Shown: positions 1-9,871 of the stretch, one piece after another
Numbering within the stretch: the stretch's first letter is position 1
Layout of the letters: the number at the start of each line of letters is the position of its first letter
Source of the DNA: an uncultured Pseudomonadota bacterium
Lineage (GTDB): Bacteria > Myxococcota_A > Polyangia > Fen-1088
Direction: 5' to 3'
DNA: 64,000 nucleotides
Assembly (NCBI GenBank): GCA_963729535.1
Contig: CAVSOL010000006.1
Coordinates: forward strand, 111,418-175,417
The notes under the pieces: model-generated
Told to the model about the DNA's origin: nothing
Database searches by the model: none
Seen by the model: only the letters and a program-made list of their open reading frames with translations
Program-made: the position numbers and the translations under genes

Positions 1-401
1 TTCTCGCAGGTCACGGGGACTGACGAGACGGTGAGACAGTCGTTGCCCAGCGTCATGTTCGCGGAACCGGTCGTCGTCGTGTTGTCGGTGTATGTGCCGT
101 CGGCGTTGGCGGTGAAGGTGCCGGTGGTGGTGAGCGTGCCGGTCACGGGGACCTTGGTACAGCCGAGGCTCAGGTACCAGCCGTCGATGTCGCCCGCCAA
201 GGCCAAACAGGAGGACGAGGAGACGGTCCAGGTCCCTACCACCGAGCCTCCGCACGGGGTGACGTCGGGGCAGGACGGGCCGGCCCCACCCGTTCCCCCG
301 CCGCCGCTACCACCCGAGCCAGCGCCGCTGCAGGCGGAGGCAACGGTCACGGCGATGGCGAAAAGCCCTACGCCCCGGAATCCGAAGAGTGCATGTCTCA
401 T
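1..401 (-). CDS. Secreted Gly-rich lipoprotein-like protein, N-terminal part (gene runs off window start)
   Basis: The reverse strand from 401 reads MRHALFGFRGVGLFAIAVTVASAC-SGAGSGGSGGGG... (signal peptide, Gly linker, Cys-containing module). It is not in the ORF track because there is no stop within the window. The overlapping plus ORF 31..453 looks like an antisense artefact. Confidence 0.4.
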   Translation of the reverse strand, partial: MRHALFGFRGVGLFAIAVTVASACSGAGSGGSGGGGTGGAGPSCPDVTPCGGSVVGTWTVSSSSCLALAGDIDGWYLSLGCTKVPVTGTLTTTGTFTANADGTYTDNTTTTGSANMTLGNDCLTVSSVPVTCE

Positions 402-589
402 AGGAGGTCGTCCTTTGGAGGTTGGCCGCTTTTTCATCAAGACTCGCCTCTAGGGGGCGCTGCAGTTAACTGCCTTCACGGCGCGATTTGTTTAACGAGA
501 AAGACAAGAATCCTTACTCGGGCCCGCAGCGGCGGCCGTGATCGGCCAGAGAGCGGTCATCCATCCGGACTTATTGCCGGCCATATGCC

Positions 590-648
590 CCGCTGTGTGT
601 GACGTAACTGACTGTTATAAAACGAGTTAGATAAGATATTATCCGGAC
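590..648 (+). promoter_or_regulatory. AT-rich putative promoter/operator region upstream of the Fic gene
   Basis: About 35% GC in a 70% GC background (gtaactgactgttataaaacgagttagataagatattatcc) immediately 5' of the ATG at 649. Confidence 0.3.
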
Positions 649-1866
649 ATGGAAGCGGTCATGGAGGAGGTCGACAGGGGCGAATCTACCTCAGCGATGG
701 AGCCGCTGTTCATCCCCGACGGCTCACGTCACCGGGCGGCGCTGAACGACCTCGCGTTCGACCTCACCCGGAAGTCGGCCGGGTTCCGCCGCAGCCTTCC
801 CCGTCCCATACAGGCACCGCTCGCCAACCTCGTGCGCGCGATGAACTGCTACTACTCGAACCTCATCGAGGGACACGATACCCACCCGATCGACATCGAG
901 CGGGCGCTTAGGGACGACTACAGCCAGGATCGGAAAAAGCGCGACCTTCAGATCGAAGCCAAGGCGCACATGGCCGTCCAGCAGTGGATCGACGAGGGCG
1001 GCTTATCGGTGAACCAGGCGGTCAGTCCCGAAGGCATCATCGACCTTCATCGGCGGTTCTGCGAGCACCTGCCGGAAGACCTGCTCTGGGTCAACAACCC
1101 GGACACCGGCGAGCGGGCGCGCGTCGTTGCGGGCGAACTGCGCCGGCGAGACGTGAAGGTCGGCCAGCACGTCGCGGTCAGTCCCGGAGCGTTGCCTCGC
1201 TTCCTTGCCCGGTTCGCCGACCTATACGGCGGCCTCGGCAAGGTCGATCGCCTCGTTTCGGCCGCCGCCGCTCACCACCGGCTGCTCTGGATGCACCCGT
1301 TCCTCGACGGCAACGGACGCGTGGCTCGCCTCATGTCGCACGCGATGCTGCTGGGTATCCTCGACACGGGAGCCGTCTGGTCGGTCGCGCGAGGGCTCGC
1401 GCGCAACGTCCAGCAGTACAAGACCCTGCTCGCCAACTGCGATTCGACTCGCCGCAACGATCTCGACGGGCGCGGGACGCTCAGCGAAGAAGCGCTCGCC
1501 GAGTTCACGCGCTTCTTCCTCACTGTCTGCATCGATCAGGTGGACTTCATGGAGAGCCTCGTCCAGCCCGACCGCCTGCGGGCGCGCGTTCTGGTCTGGG
1601 CTGAAGAGGAAGTCCGGATGGGCGAACTGCCCACGCAGTCGGGGCGGGTGCTGGAGGCGATCCTCCACCGCGGCGAGCTGCCGCGTGGCGAGGTGGACGC
1701 GATCGCAGGCACGGGGGAAAGGCAGGGACGCCGGATTCTGGCCGCGCTGGTCGCGAAGGGCGTCCTGGCGTCGGAAGGCGCGCGCGCGCCGCTGCATCTG
1801 GCGTTTCCCGCGAACCTGGCGCAGCGGTGGATGCCCGGGCTGTTCCCCGAGCGGCCGAATACATAA
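649..1866 (+). CDS. Fic family protein (class II, N-terminal autoinhibitory motif), C-terminal winged-helix-like tail
   Basis: Canonical Fic motif HPFLDGNGRVARL and the inhibitory motif SNLIEG ([ST]xxxE[GN]) in the N-terminal region; 405 aa intact ORF. Confidence 0.9.
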   Translation: MEAVMEEVDRGESTSAMEPLFIPDGSRHRAALNDLAFDLTRKSAGFRRSLPRPIQAPLANLVRAMNCYYSNLIEGHDTHPIDIERALRDDYSQDRKKRDLQIEAKAHMAVQQWIDEGGLSVNQAVSPEGIIDLHRRFCEHLPEDLLWVNNPDTGERARVVAGELRRRDVKVGQHVAVSPGALPRFLARFADLYGGLGKVDRLVSAAAAHHRLLWMHPFLDGNGRVARLMSHAMLLGILDTGAVWSVARGLARNVQQYKTLLANCDSTRRNDLDGRGTLSEEALAEFTRFFLTVCIDQVDFMESLVQPDRLRARVLVWAEEEVRMGELPTQSGRVLEAILHRGELPRGEVDAIAGTGERQGRRILAALVAKGVLASEGARAPLHLAFPANLAQRWMPGLFPERPNT

Positions 1867-2122
1867 GCGAAGGCGATACCCTCAGGCACGGCGATCGAGA
1901 AGCGCGCCCGCCGCGGTGAAATGCGAACCGGGTTCCGCACCGAGGCCACGGCGGCACCGTGCACGACCCGACGGCGGCCGCCACACGGAGAAAGCGCTCC
2001 AGCACTGGGGCCCGGTGAGCTGCTTCGCCCAGGACGACCTCTACACTAGTTGAGCCAAGCGTAACAACGTGGACGGGGCTGCTCGAAACCACGACGGCGA
2101 AAGGTCGCCGATCGACGCGCCG

Positions 2123-2713
2123 TTAGTTCTCGGTGGTTGGCACCACCGCGATAGCGTCGATTTCCACTAGCCAGTCGGGGCGGCCTAGGCCGGCCACAAA
2201 CGTCACCGTGACCGCGGGTGGCCGGCCACGGAAAGCTGCTGCACGCGGCTGATACGCTTCGAATCCTTTCTGGATCGATTGGCCCGCGAGAAGTTGGATG
2301 TCCATCTTGACCACGTGTTCGAGGCGCGCGCCTCCGGCGGCCAGTACCGCCTCAAGATTGTCGAGAGCTCGCTCCGTTTGCGCCTTGAGGTCACCTTTTC
2401 CGACGACCTTGCCCGAAGCGTCGACGGCGTTCTGGCCGCCGACGTAGATGGTGCGCGCCGGGCCGGTGGCCATCACCCCCTGCGAGAATGCCGGGTTCTT
2501 AGGCACAGTGTCGGGATTCAATGCCGCCAACCCAGCGGCCTGCGGGGTGTGACTGCTCCGCCCCGTACGTGTCTCTTGCCCATTGGACCGCTGTTCCGTC
2601 TTCGTGTCCGTTCGACGGCTCTTGTCATCGGCGAAGCCTCGGCCAGCGAGCGTAACCGCCGCGAGGAGCATCGTCGCTCCGAGAACCCGAACTCCGATCC
2701 TGTGGTGTCGCAT
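2123..2713 (-). CDS. ridA: RidA/YjgF family protein with N-terminal secretion signal and extension
   Basis: RidA-like core (TIYVGGQ..., VKMDIQLL..., C-terminal VEIDAIAVVPTTEN) preceded by a signal-peptide-like N-terminus. Confidence 0.8.
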   Translation of the reverse strand: MRHHRIGVRVLGATMLLAAVTLAGRGFADDKSRRTDTKTEQRSNGQETRTGRSSHTPQAAGLAALNPDTVPKNPAFSQGVMATGPARTIYVGGQNAVDASGKVVGKGDLKAQTERALDNLEAVLAAGGARLEHVVKMDIQLLAGQSIQKGFEAYQPRAAAFRGRPPAVTVTFVAGLGRPDWLVEIDAIAVVPTTEN

Positions 2714-3115
2714 GGGCGAAACCTAAACATCTCGGGGGGGCCTGCTAGGGCGGAGCAAGGCCAGGACAGCGGAGCGGTAAGGGTAGGTTTCGTTGACGGC
2801 AGCTTTGAATGCTTCTCGCTTGTCGCGGGACCTTTCTGCCCGCGTAGCGGATGCAGCTTGGGCAGCAATTGAGCTGACGCGTCGGGTGGGCGTCGAACGC
2901 TCCGGCGCGGCGTTCGTGCAGATGGACATCTGGATCGAACGATCCGATCTATTCCCCGCGATAGCCCGGGATCGATCCACGACATCGCGTGCAGTCGGCA
3001 CAAAGAAAGTCATACCCCTCCTCAAAGTTCTGAGTCCCCGGTCCGGCGCTTCAACGCGGAAACGGTTCGCGGCCCGGCATCGATATTGAAGGGTATGGTC
3101 GAGGAGGTGTTGGTT

Positions 3116-3739
3116 ATGCGGGAGATGTGCGTGGTTTGTTCGGTTCTGGTGGTTGTGTTCGGGGGATGCGCAGGTGACGGTGAAGAATGGATCGAGCTCG
3201 AGCAAGCTCGGGACCCGATCTCCAGTTGCGTCGGGCAGCGCGCCGCTGTGCCCGCGTCACTTTCCGTCTCCCGCGCCGTCGGCCCGCCGGTCGATCAGCC
3301 CGAAAGCACGCGGGCGGCCGACTACGTCTCGTATCAGTTGTTTGGCCCCGAGATCTTCGTTTATTTCTCGTTCCTGCCCGGTCTTCCGGAGTCACCCACC
3401 ACCGACGACGTGCGCACGTTGTTGAAATATTCGTACATCGACTTCAACCTCAAACAGCCGCCGGACATCGGAGGCAGCCTCACTCTGTCCCGTGACCTGG
3501 TGCTGCTGCACGTAGCGGATTTCGAGCAACTGGAGGTGATAGGCGGCCAACTTAGGTGGCGCTTTCGCGGCGAGACCAGCGGCACCTACGAAAAGGACCT
3601 GACGCTCTACGACCAGGATCCCACCAACGATCCGTCCGATATCGACACCTGCCTCATCACCGACGTTCTCGGCGAATGCACCTGCCACTTCGGCGGTCCC
3701 CCCATGACCTTCAACTTGACGGGCACCATCCCGTTGTAG
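3116..3739 (+). CDS. Hypothetical lipoprotein encoded in a lower-GC (about 58%) patch
   Basis: ATG at 3116 with GGAGG 8 nt upstream; signal MREMCVVCSVLVVVFGGC; diverse amino-acid composition; local GC drop over 3290-3760. Confidence 0.5.
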   Translation: MREMCVVCSVLVVVFGGCAGDGEEWIELEQARDPISSCVGQRAAVPASLSVSRAVGPPVDQPESTRAADYVSYQLFGPEIFVYFSFLPGLPESPTTDDVRTLLKYSYIDFNLKQPPDIGGSLTLSRDLVLLHVADFEQLEVIGGQLRWRFRGETSGTYEKDLTLYDQDPTNDPSDIDTCLITDVLGECTCHFGGPPMTFNLTGTIPL

Positions 3740-3756
3740 TTTTCGTTGGAAGCCGG

Positions 3757-3933
3757 CTACGCTGTCGCGCCTCCGGCACGTTCGAGTTGGCGTTGCTCTG
3801 GATACCGGACTCGAAAACGTTGGCTGGACGGCGAAGGGCCAGTCAGCTCAGGGCGGCGGGCGAGACCCAGGACGACGCCGGCGCGCGCGTGCTCGCCGCC
3901 ATCGCGCGGTTCGTGACGGCGAATTCGTAGCGC
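3757..3933 (+). pseudogene. Tyrosine-integrase fragment (LLWIPDSKTLAGRR box)
   Basis: Translation ...FELALLWIPDSKTLAGRRRASQL... matches the box-I region of the integrase pseudogene at 42255-42480. Confidence 0.4.
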
Positions 3934-3935
3934 TA

Positions 3936-5445
3936 CTACCAGATGCGGAAGTTGCCGCTGACGTGGACCATGCCGAGCATGTAGAGCACCCCGCCCCAGT
4001 AGTCGCGGGATGGGACGGCGGTCGACCAGAGCTTGTCCACGAAGGCTTTGCCCGAGGATGACGGCAAGCCGAAGCCCAGGGTGGAGTTGCACCCCACCGC
4101 TGGGGCGCCGTTGTTGCGGGAGCTGGAGTAGGCGGCGAACTTGGGCGCGTACGTGTCCCTCTGCCAGGGATCTTTGCCGAACAGATACCAGTCCATCATG
4201 AGGTTGGCGACGCATCGGGTCGAATCGGCATTGGCGGCCTGCGGGTTTGTGGCGGTGAAGCTGGCTTGGTAGGGACAGACGCCGTTGCTGTCCACCACCT
4301 TCTGCATGTAGGCGCGCCCCGCGGTCGCAGATTCCTTCCAGAAGGCCGCGTTCTCGGTGTCGAAGCAGGCCCACACCTCGTAGAAGGCCGGCAGGACGTA
4401 CGAAGGATCCACGTTGTTCGAGTTGGAGACGAACTTGATCAGGTGGTATTGCGAGTTGAAGTACTTGGTCCGTACCACGTCGAGAACCCACTTGGCCTCG
4501 GTCGAGTAGGCGATCTTGGCGGGGCCGGTCGAGTCGCCCCAGCGGTGCGAGGCGAAGATGAGGGCGGTCGCGAAGTACTCCTCGCCGTCCGGCGCTCCAC
4601 CGCCGGCGCACCCCGAGCCCGAGGTCGCGCACCGCCATCGAATCTCGCCGGTGGTGCCTTGCGCCATGTGGGTCTTGACCCAGGTCCAAAGGCGGTCGAA
4701 CTCGGTCTGATGGTCGAGCTGAACCGCGACCATCATGCCGTAGGACATGCCTTCGGAGCGCACGTCATTGTTGTAGATGTCCTGGACATACGATTCGTTC
4801 GCGCCGGGCCCGTTGAAGTAGATGGTCCCCGAGCCGCTGGGGTTGAAGAGCGAGGACCAGGCCCTGCTGACCTTCTCGTCGCTCTCCGCCTGGGTGTGAC
4901 CGGAGACGGTGACGAAGAGATTGGCGTAGCTCGCGGGTGGCGTGCACTCTCCGCGGGTGCCGCCGCTGCCGGTGGTGCCGGCGGTGGAGCCGCCCGCCGC
5001 GCCGCCGCGTCCGGACGCGCCGGCAGTGCCCCCCGCGCTGCCGCCTCTGCCGCCGCGGCCTGATGTGCCGGTGACGCCGCTCGCACCGCCGGCGCCGGTG
5101 CCCGCCGTGCCGGTGGTGCCCGCCGTGCCGGTGGTGCCCGCGCCGCTGCTGGTGCCCGCGGCGCCGCCTAGTCCCCGCGCTGCCTGTCGTTCCGGCGGCG
5201 CCGGTGGTGCCCGCATCGCCCGGGCCGATGATGCCGGCGGCGCCCGTGGTTCCGCCTTCGCCCAGAGCGGACGACCCGGCCATCGCGCCTACGCCCGTCG
5301 TGCCTGCGTTCCCGGCTGCCGTGCCTGTGTTCCCGGCACTCCCGCTGTTGCCGGTTTCACCCGGGGTGCAAGCCGCCAGCGCCACCGCGGCGAGATAAGA
5401 AACGAGGACGCGGATCGACGCTCCTGACCGATGGGGGCGGCACAT
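3936..5445 (-). CDS. Glycoside hydrolase family 8 lipoprotein with Gly/Thr/Ala-rich linker (needs one frame correction near 5170)
   Basis: GH8 signatures SEGMSYGMM and APDGEEYFATALIFASHRW. The signal peptide MCRPHRSGASIRVLVSYLAAVALAAC and linker are in the frame of ORF 4765..5598, and the catalytic domain is in the frame of ORF 3936..5216. Confidence 0.65.
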
Positions 5446-5619
5446 CGCTAATTGGAATTCCCGCGCCGCCGCAACCGGATCCCTTGCGATCACCCAGAAC
5501 CCGAGCACGGCCGGATTGATTTCCGACGGAAAGGTGCCACACGCACCCACAGGTTCAGCAGGAGACGATGTTCGTCGCCGGCACGCCCCATCGAGCAATG
5601 TTCTCGGGATCGCTGGTCA

Positions 5620-5902
5620 GAACCATGGCGTCTCGGTGGACAGCCACCGGACCATTCTTGCAGCGGCGAAGACGTTCTTGCGGTGGCCCCGATTCTACTG
5701 CTCGTCGGCACCGAGAACGGAATGTGGGGGCAATCGAACGTCGTCTGTCGCGGTGCTCACCGAGCAACTGGGCCGCGAACAGGTGACGCTGCAATCCGTC
5801 GCCGGCTACGGACACCAGGACATGTTCATCGGGCGCAGCGCGGCGTTGGACGTGTTCCCCTTCATCGGGGACTTTCTACGCGCGCACGGAGCCAAAACCT
5901 AG
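5620..5902 (+). pseudogene. Gene fragments: integrase N-terminal-domain fragment followed by alpha/beta-hydrolase-like C-terminal fragment
   Basis: VSVDSHRTILAAAKTFLRW matches MLSVDSHRTMLAAAKTFFRW of the integrase remnant at 42028..42258 (+); ...GYGHQDMFIGRSAALDVFPFIGDFLRAHGAKT* resembles a hydrolase C-terminus. Confidence 0.35.
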
Positions 5903-6059
5903 CTCAGCGCGGCTCGCAAGTAGTCGACGCGCGCCGTCCCGACATCAGCTCGAAGCCGCGCTCGGCGATGCGCTCGCGCAGGGTCGGCCACGAGCTCTCG
6001 CGCGCGTGCGACCAGGTCGAAGACCGAGGAGCCGCCGAAGAAGCCGCCTGGACCGGAGC

Positions 6060-6230
6060 GGCCCACACCGTACCGACTCCCCTGGGCCGACCTTCTTCGC
6101 CGCGTGTTCCTTCTCGACGCGCTCGAGTGCCCGCGCTGTCACGGCCGCATGCGCATCGTCGCCGCGGTCATGGAGCCTGGTGCCGTCGAGCGCATCCTCC
6201 GGCACCTCAGGGAGCGTGCCGCTCCGCGCC
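6060..6230 (+). mobile_element. IS91-like (rolling-circle type) transposase C-terminal fragment, tentative family assignment
   Basis: PYRLPWADLLRRVFLLDALECPRCHGRMRIVAAVMEPGAVERILRHL. A second copy of the same motif set lies on the minus strand at 41500-42030. Confidence 0.45.
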
Positions 6231-6290
6231 GCCTGAGCGCGAGCATCGCTCGCTCGGCTCTCGCTGGGAGTGCGAGGCGATCGATCGCGT

Positions 6291-6944
6291 CTAGCGCGGT
6301 CGCAGCAGGACCCGAGCGGGGGCGCCGTCGGCGTCGTGGATTCGCAACGGGAGGCAGATGAGATCGTAGAGTCCGGGCGCAATTTCGGAGAGGTTGAGCC
6401 CCTCGATGACGCAGATGTCGGCTTCGAGCAGGGCGCGGTGAATCGCGGGGCCGTCGTCGCCGCCGCCGATGGAGAGGTAGTCGACGCCCACCGTCGCGAC
6501 GCGATGCGCGGCCAGGACCCTCGCCCCGGCGAGAGAGAGGTACGTGTAGTCGGGAACGAAGCGATCGTCGCGCCAGCAGCGCGCGGAGTTGTCGGTGCGG
6601 AACAGCAGCCGCTCGCCTGCGACGGGGGCGGCCTTCTCGATCGCGTCGGCGGTGATCGTGCGGGCGTCGGGCAAGGCGACCACGCGAGCCGGGCCGAGCA
6701 GGCGCCCGAGCGGCAGCTCGTGGATCCCGGGTGCCCCGACGATGAAGTGCACCGGCGCGTCGACGTGCGTCCCGGTGTGAACCCCGAGATCGAGGTGCGT
6801 CACCGTCGCGGGGTGCCCGTGCTCGAGATCCTTCACGCGGGTCACATGCACCGCCGGATCGCCCGGCCAGTGCACCATGCCGTCGCGGATCGGCACCGTC
6901 ACGTCGAGCCAGCCGCCATCGGTCGCGACCCCGGTTGTGCTCAT
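6291..6944 (-). CDS. Cyclase family protein (kynurenine-formamidase-like fold)
   Basis: HxGTHxDAPxH motif (LGVHTGTHVDAPVHF); 217 aa. Confidence 0.85.
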   Translation of the reverse strand: MSTTGVATDGGWLDVTVPIRDGMVHWPGDPAVHVTRVKDLEHGHPATVTHLDLGVHTGTHVDAPVHFIVGAPGIHELPLGRLLGPARVVALPDARTITADAIEKAAPVAGERLLFRTDNSARCWRDDRFVPDYTYLSLAGARVLAAHRVATVGVDYLSIGGGDDGPAIHRALLEADICVIEGLNLSEIAPGLYDLICLPLRIHDADGAPARVLLRPR

Positions 6945-8050
6945 GATGCTTGTCCCCCCGCCTTCGCGCCGTCGAACCGGACGACGTCCTTGATCCCCTC
7001 ACTTCTCGACAGCAGCTCGGGCGCCGCCTCGAGCGGGTACCGTCGGGTGATGAAATGCCGGACGCTTTCGGGAAACCGGACCACGAGCGCTTCGAGAAGG
7101 TGCACGGCGTCGAAGTAGTCCGAGCGCCCCGCGTTGACGGTTCCGAACACGACCTGGTTCTTGAGGACGACGCTGCGCAACAGCCGATCGATGTCGATCG
7201 CCCGCTCGGGCCCGAGCCCGGGGACGCCCTTCAGCACCGCGATGCCGTTCGGGCCGAGGACGCCGAGGCCCGCGATCGTGAGCGGGGAGAAGCCCGCCGC
7301 CTCGACGAGGAGATCAAAAGGTCCGAGCTTCCCGGAGACGTCAGCGAGCGACGTCTCGACCGAGGAAACGTAGCTCGCCCCGAAGCCACGCACGTAGGCG
7401 GCCCGCTCCCCGTCTGACGGCTCGAGCGAGTAGACGGTCGTGTCGTAGCCGTTGCTGACGGCGCACATCGCGGCGAGCAGGCCGACCGCGCCGGCGCCGA
7501 GGACCAGCGCCTTCTCGAACATCGGCTCCCAGGGGAGACGCTCTCTGAAGACGCGGACCTTGACCATGCCCTTGGCGATGACCGTCAGCGGCTCGATGAG
7601 GACGCCGACGTCCGCCAATCCGGGCGGCACGGGAATCAGGTTCTCCTCTCCTTCTACGAAGAGCTCGGCCAGAAACCCGTCGGCGCCCTTGATCCCCCGC
7701 TCGAGAAACTCTTCCGTGGCGCAGAAGTCCTGGCGGCCCGCGCGGCAAGGGCGACAGCCGGGGTCGGTGCAAGGGCGGCGCACCATCGGTACCGCCAGCT
7801 GGCCGCGCTGGAAATGGCTGACCTCACTGCCGAGCTCGACCACCTCGGCGATCGCCTCATGTCCGAGGATGAGGTGATCGGAACCCGCCGGCGGCTCGCC
7901 GTAGGCGAAGGCGGCGACTTCTCGGTCAGTGCCGCAGACGCCGACCTCGCGCGTGCGCAGGAGGACCTGCCTCGGTCCGAGCGTCCGGGGCTCGTCCTCT
8001 TCGATGACCGCCACCTTTCGTCGCTCGGGAAACACTGCCAACGCGTGCAT
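6941..8050 (-). CDS. Zn-dependent alcohol/glucose dehydrogenase (MDR superfamily)
   Basis: GHEAIAEVVELG motif and a Rossmann GxGxxG region; 4-bp overlap with the downstream cyclase gene. Confidence 0.85.
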   Translation of the reverse strand: MHALAVFPERRKVAVIEEDEPRTLGPRQVLLRTREVGVCGTDREVAAFAYGEPPAGSDHLILGHEAIAEVVELGSEVSHFQRGQLAVPMVRRPCTDPGCRPCRAGRQDFCATEEFLERGIKGADGFLAELFVEGEENLIPVPPGLADVGVLIEPLTVIAKGMVKVRVFRERLPWEPMFEKALVLGAGAVGLLAAMCAVSNGYDTTVYSLEPSDGERAAYVRGFGASYVSSVETSLADVSGKLGPFDLLVEAAGFSPLTIAGLGVLGPNGIAVLKGVPGLGPERAIDIDRLLRSVVLKNQVVFGTVNAGRSDYFDAVHLLEALVVRFPESVRHFITRRYPLEAAPELLSRSEGIKDVVRFDGAKAGGQAS

Positions 8051-8146
8051 GCGATCTCAACATGAGGCGCGGGCGGGCAGGGGGCAGGTAAGGCGCTCCC
8101 CCATCTTCGCTCCTCGACGCTCGCCTCGGTCGACCGCGGGCTTTGA

Positions 8147-9568
8147 ATGCGGGCGTTGGTGATTAGCTGTTCACGGGGAGAGAGATCGATGACCGTCGGG
8201 GAGAACGTCTGGCCCAGGGCTACGGAAAATGTCCGGAAGAGGGAACCGCGGCCCTTCAACGTTCGGGGGGCCGTCTGGATCGCCACCTATCTGCTCTTCA
8301 TTCTGGCGCCCCTGTTCGCGCTGCTGCTCGGTGCGCATCCGCCTGCCCGCGCCTTCTCGACCGAGTTTTCGGTCGCCATCGGCTACTCCGGCCTGGCGAT
8401 GATGGCCCTGCAGTTCGGCCTGACCGCGCGCTTTCGGTACGTGACCGAACCGTGGGGCGAGGACGTCATCTATCACTTTCACCGCCAGATCTCGCTGGTC
8501 GCGGTTGCGCTGGTCGTGGCCCACCCGGTCATCTTGTTCATCGCGCGCCCGGAGCTGCTCGTGCTGCTCAACTCGATCACGGCGCCCTGGCGCGCCCGCC
8601 TTGCGGCGCTGTCGACCTATGCGCTGATCGCGCTGGTGGTGATGGCGGTCTGGCGTACCAAGCTGAGGCTCCGTTATGAAACGTGGCACCTCACGCACCT
8701 GGTGCTCGCGGTCGTCGCCGTCGGCGCGGGGATCGCGCACATGGTCGCCTGGAGCTTCTATCTCCGTGACCCCTGGAAGCGCGCGCTCTGGATTGCGCTG
8801 ACGCTTGTCGCGCTCGGTCTCTTGCTGTACGTGCGGATCTTCAAGCCACTGTTTCAGCTCCGCCGGCCGTACCGCATCTCGGAGATGCGCAAGGAGCGCG
8901 GCGACACCTGGACGCTGGTGATGCGGCCGGACGGTCACTCCGGGTTCCGCTTCCGCCCCGGTCAGTTCGGTTGGCTCACGGTGTGGGGGAGCCCGTTCAA
9001 GCTCAGCGCGCACCCGTTCTCGTTCTCGTCGAGCGCGGCGGGGACGGACGGCGGCGTGGCGATGTCGATCCGGAAGCTGGGCGACTTCACCAGCCAGATT
9101 CACGACGTCCCGGTCGGACGGCGGGTCTACATCGACGGTCCCTACGGCGCATTCACCATGGGCAACCCTGCCGATCTGCACGTGCTGGTCGCCGGCGGCG
9201 TCGGAATCACGCCGATGATGAGCATGCTCCTCACGCTCGCCGACGAGGGGGACAAACGTCCGGTGCTCCTGCTCTATGGCAGCAAGACCTGGGACGAGAT
9301 CACCTTCCGAGAAGAGCTCGAGGCCTTGAAGGCGCGGCTCGACCTGACGGTCGTCCACGTGCTGGAGAATCCTCCGGAGGACTGGACGGGCGAGCGCGGC
9401 TTCATCACGGCCGCGGTGTTCAAACGTCACCTGCCGCCCGCCTACGCGAACCACGAATATTTCATCTGTGGCCCGGGCGTGATGATGGACGCGATCGAGA
9501 GCGCCCTCGGCGACGAGCTGAACGTCCCGATGTCGAAGTACCACTCGGAGCGTTACAGCTTCGTCTAG
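8147..9568 (+). CDS. Ferric-reductase-like transmembrane oxidoreductase with FAD- and NAD-binding domains
   Basis: Multi-TM N-terminal half with conserved His residues, HPFSFSS (HPF[ST]) FAD motif and GGVGITP NAD(P) motif. Confidence 0.85.
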   Translation: MRALVISCSRGERSMTVGENVWPRATENVRKREPRPFNVRGAVWIATYLLFILAPLFALLLGAHPPARAFSTEFSVAIGYSGLAMMALQFGLTARFRYVTEPWGEDVIYHFHRQISLVAVALVVAHPVILFIARPELLVLLNSITAPWRARLAALSTYALIALVVMAVWRTKLRLRYETWHLTHLVLAVVAVGAGIAHMVAWSFYLRDPWKRALWIALTLVALGLLLYVRIFKPLFQLRRPYRISEMRKERGDTWTLVMRPDGHSGFRFRPGQFGWLTVWGSPFKLSAHPFSFSSSAAGTDGGVAMSIRKLGDFTSQIHDVPVGRRVYIDGPYGAFTMGNPADLHVLVAGGVGITPMMSMLLTLADEGDKRPVLLLYGSKTWDEITFREELEALKARLDLTVVHVLENPPEDWTGERGFITAAVFKRHLPPAYANHEYFICGPGVMMDAIESALGDELNVPMSKYHSERYSFV

Positions 9569-9589
9569 GAGCCCCTTCAGGGAACCAAG

Positions 9590-9703
9590 ATGCGACGCTT
9601 GCTTGCCGATAGATTGGTCCTCGCTTCGGCGGTGATCGTGGTCCTGATGTCGGCTCTGTTCGTCCTTCTGCGGGTGACCGGCGGTCACGCTGCCGGCGGC
9701 TGA
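9590..9703 (+). CDS. Possible 37-aa single-TM peptide downstream of the ferric reductase gene
   Basis: MRRLLADRLVLASAVIVVLMSALFVLLRVTGGHAAGG*; weak SD; speculative. Confidence 0.25.
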   Translation: MRRLLADRLVLASAVIVVLMSALFVLLRVTGGHAAGG

Positions 9704-9871
9704 GCCAGGAGCGCGGGGAGCCCGGCAGGGGCATCACGTTCACGTTCGACGATCGCGACCCGGGCGTCGTCGCGATCGCTTGTCCGTCTCGGGCAGCGAC
9801 GAGCTGCGCACGGGCTGAGTCCGCACCGGCGCCGTCGTCGACCGTCTGGCGCTCGGTGGTATTGTCCGCGT

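Noticed and set aside
31-453. Plus-strand ORF 31..453 (140 aa, Pro/Val-rich)
   Set aside because: Low-complexity composition; it is exactly antisense to a convincing signal-peptide/Gly-linker lipoprotein reading frame on the minus strand (start at 401).
8171-9688. 505-aa minus-strand ORF
   Set aside because: Arg/His/Asp-rich low-complexity antisense of the ferric-reductase gene. It shares the wobble position with it, which keeps antisense frames open in 70% GC DNA.
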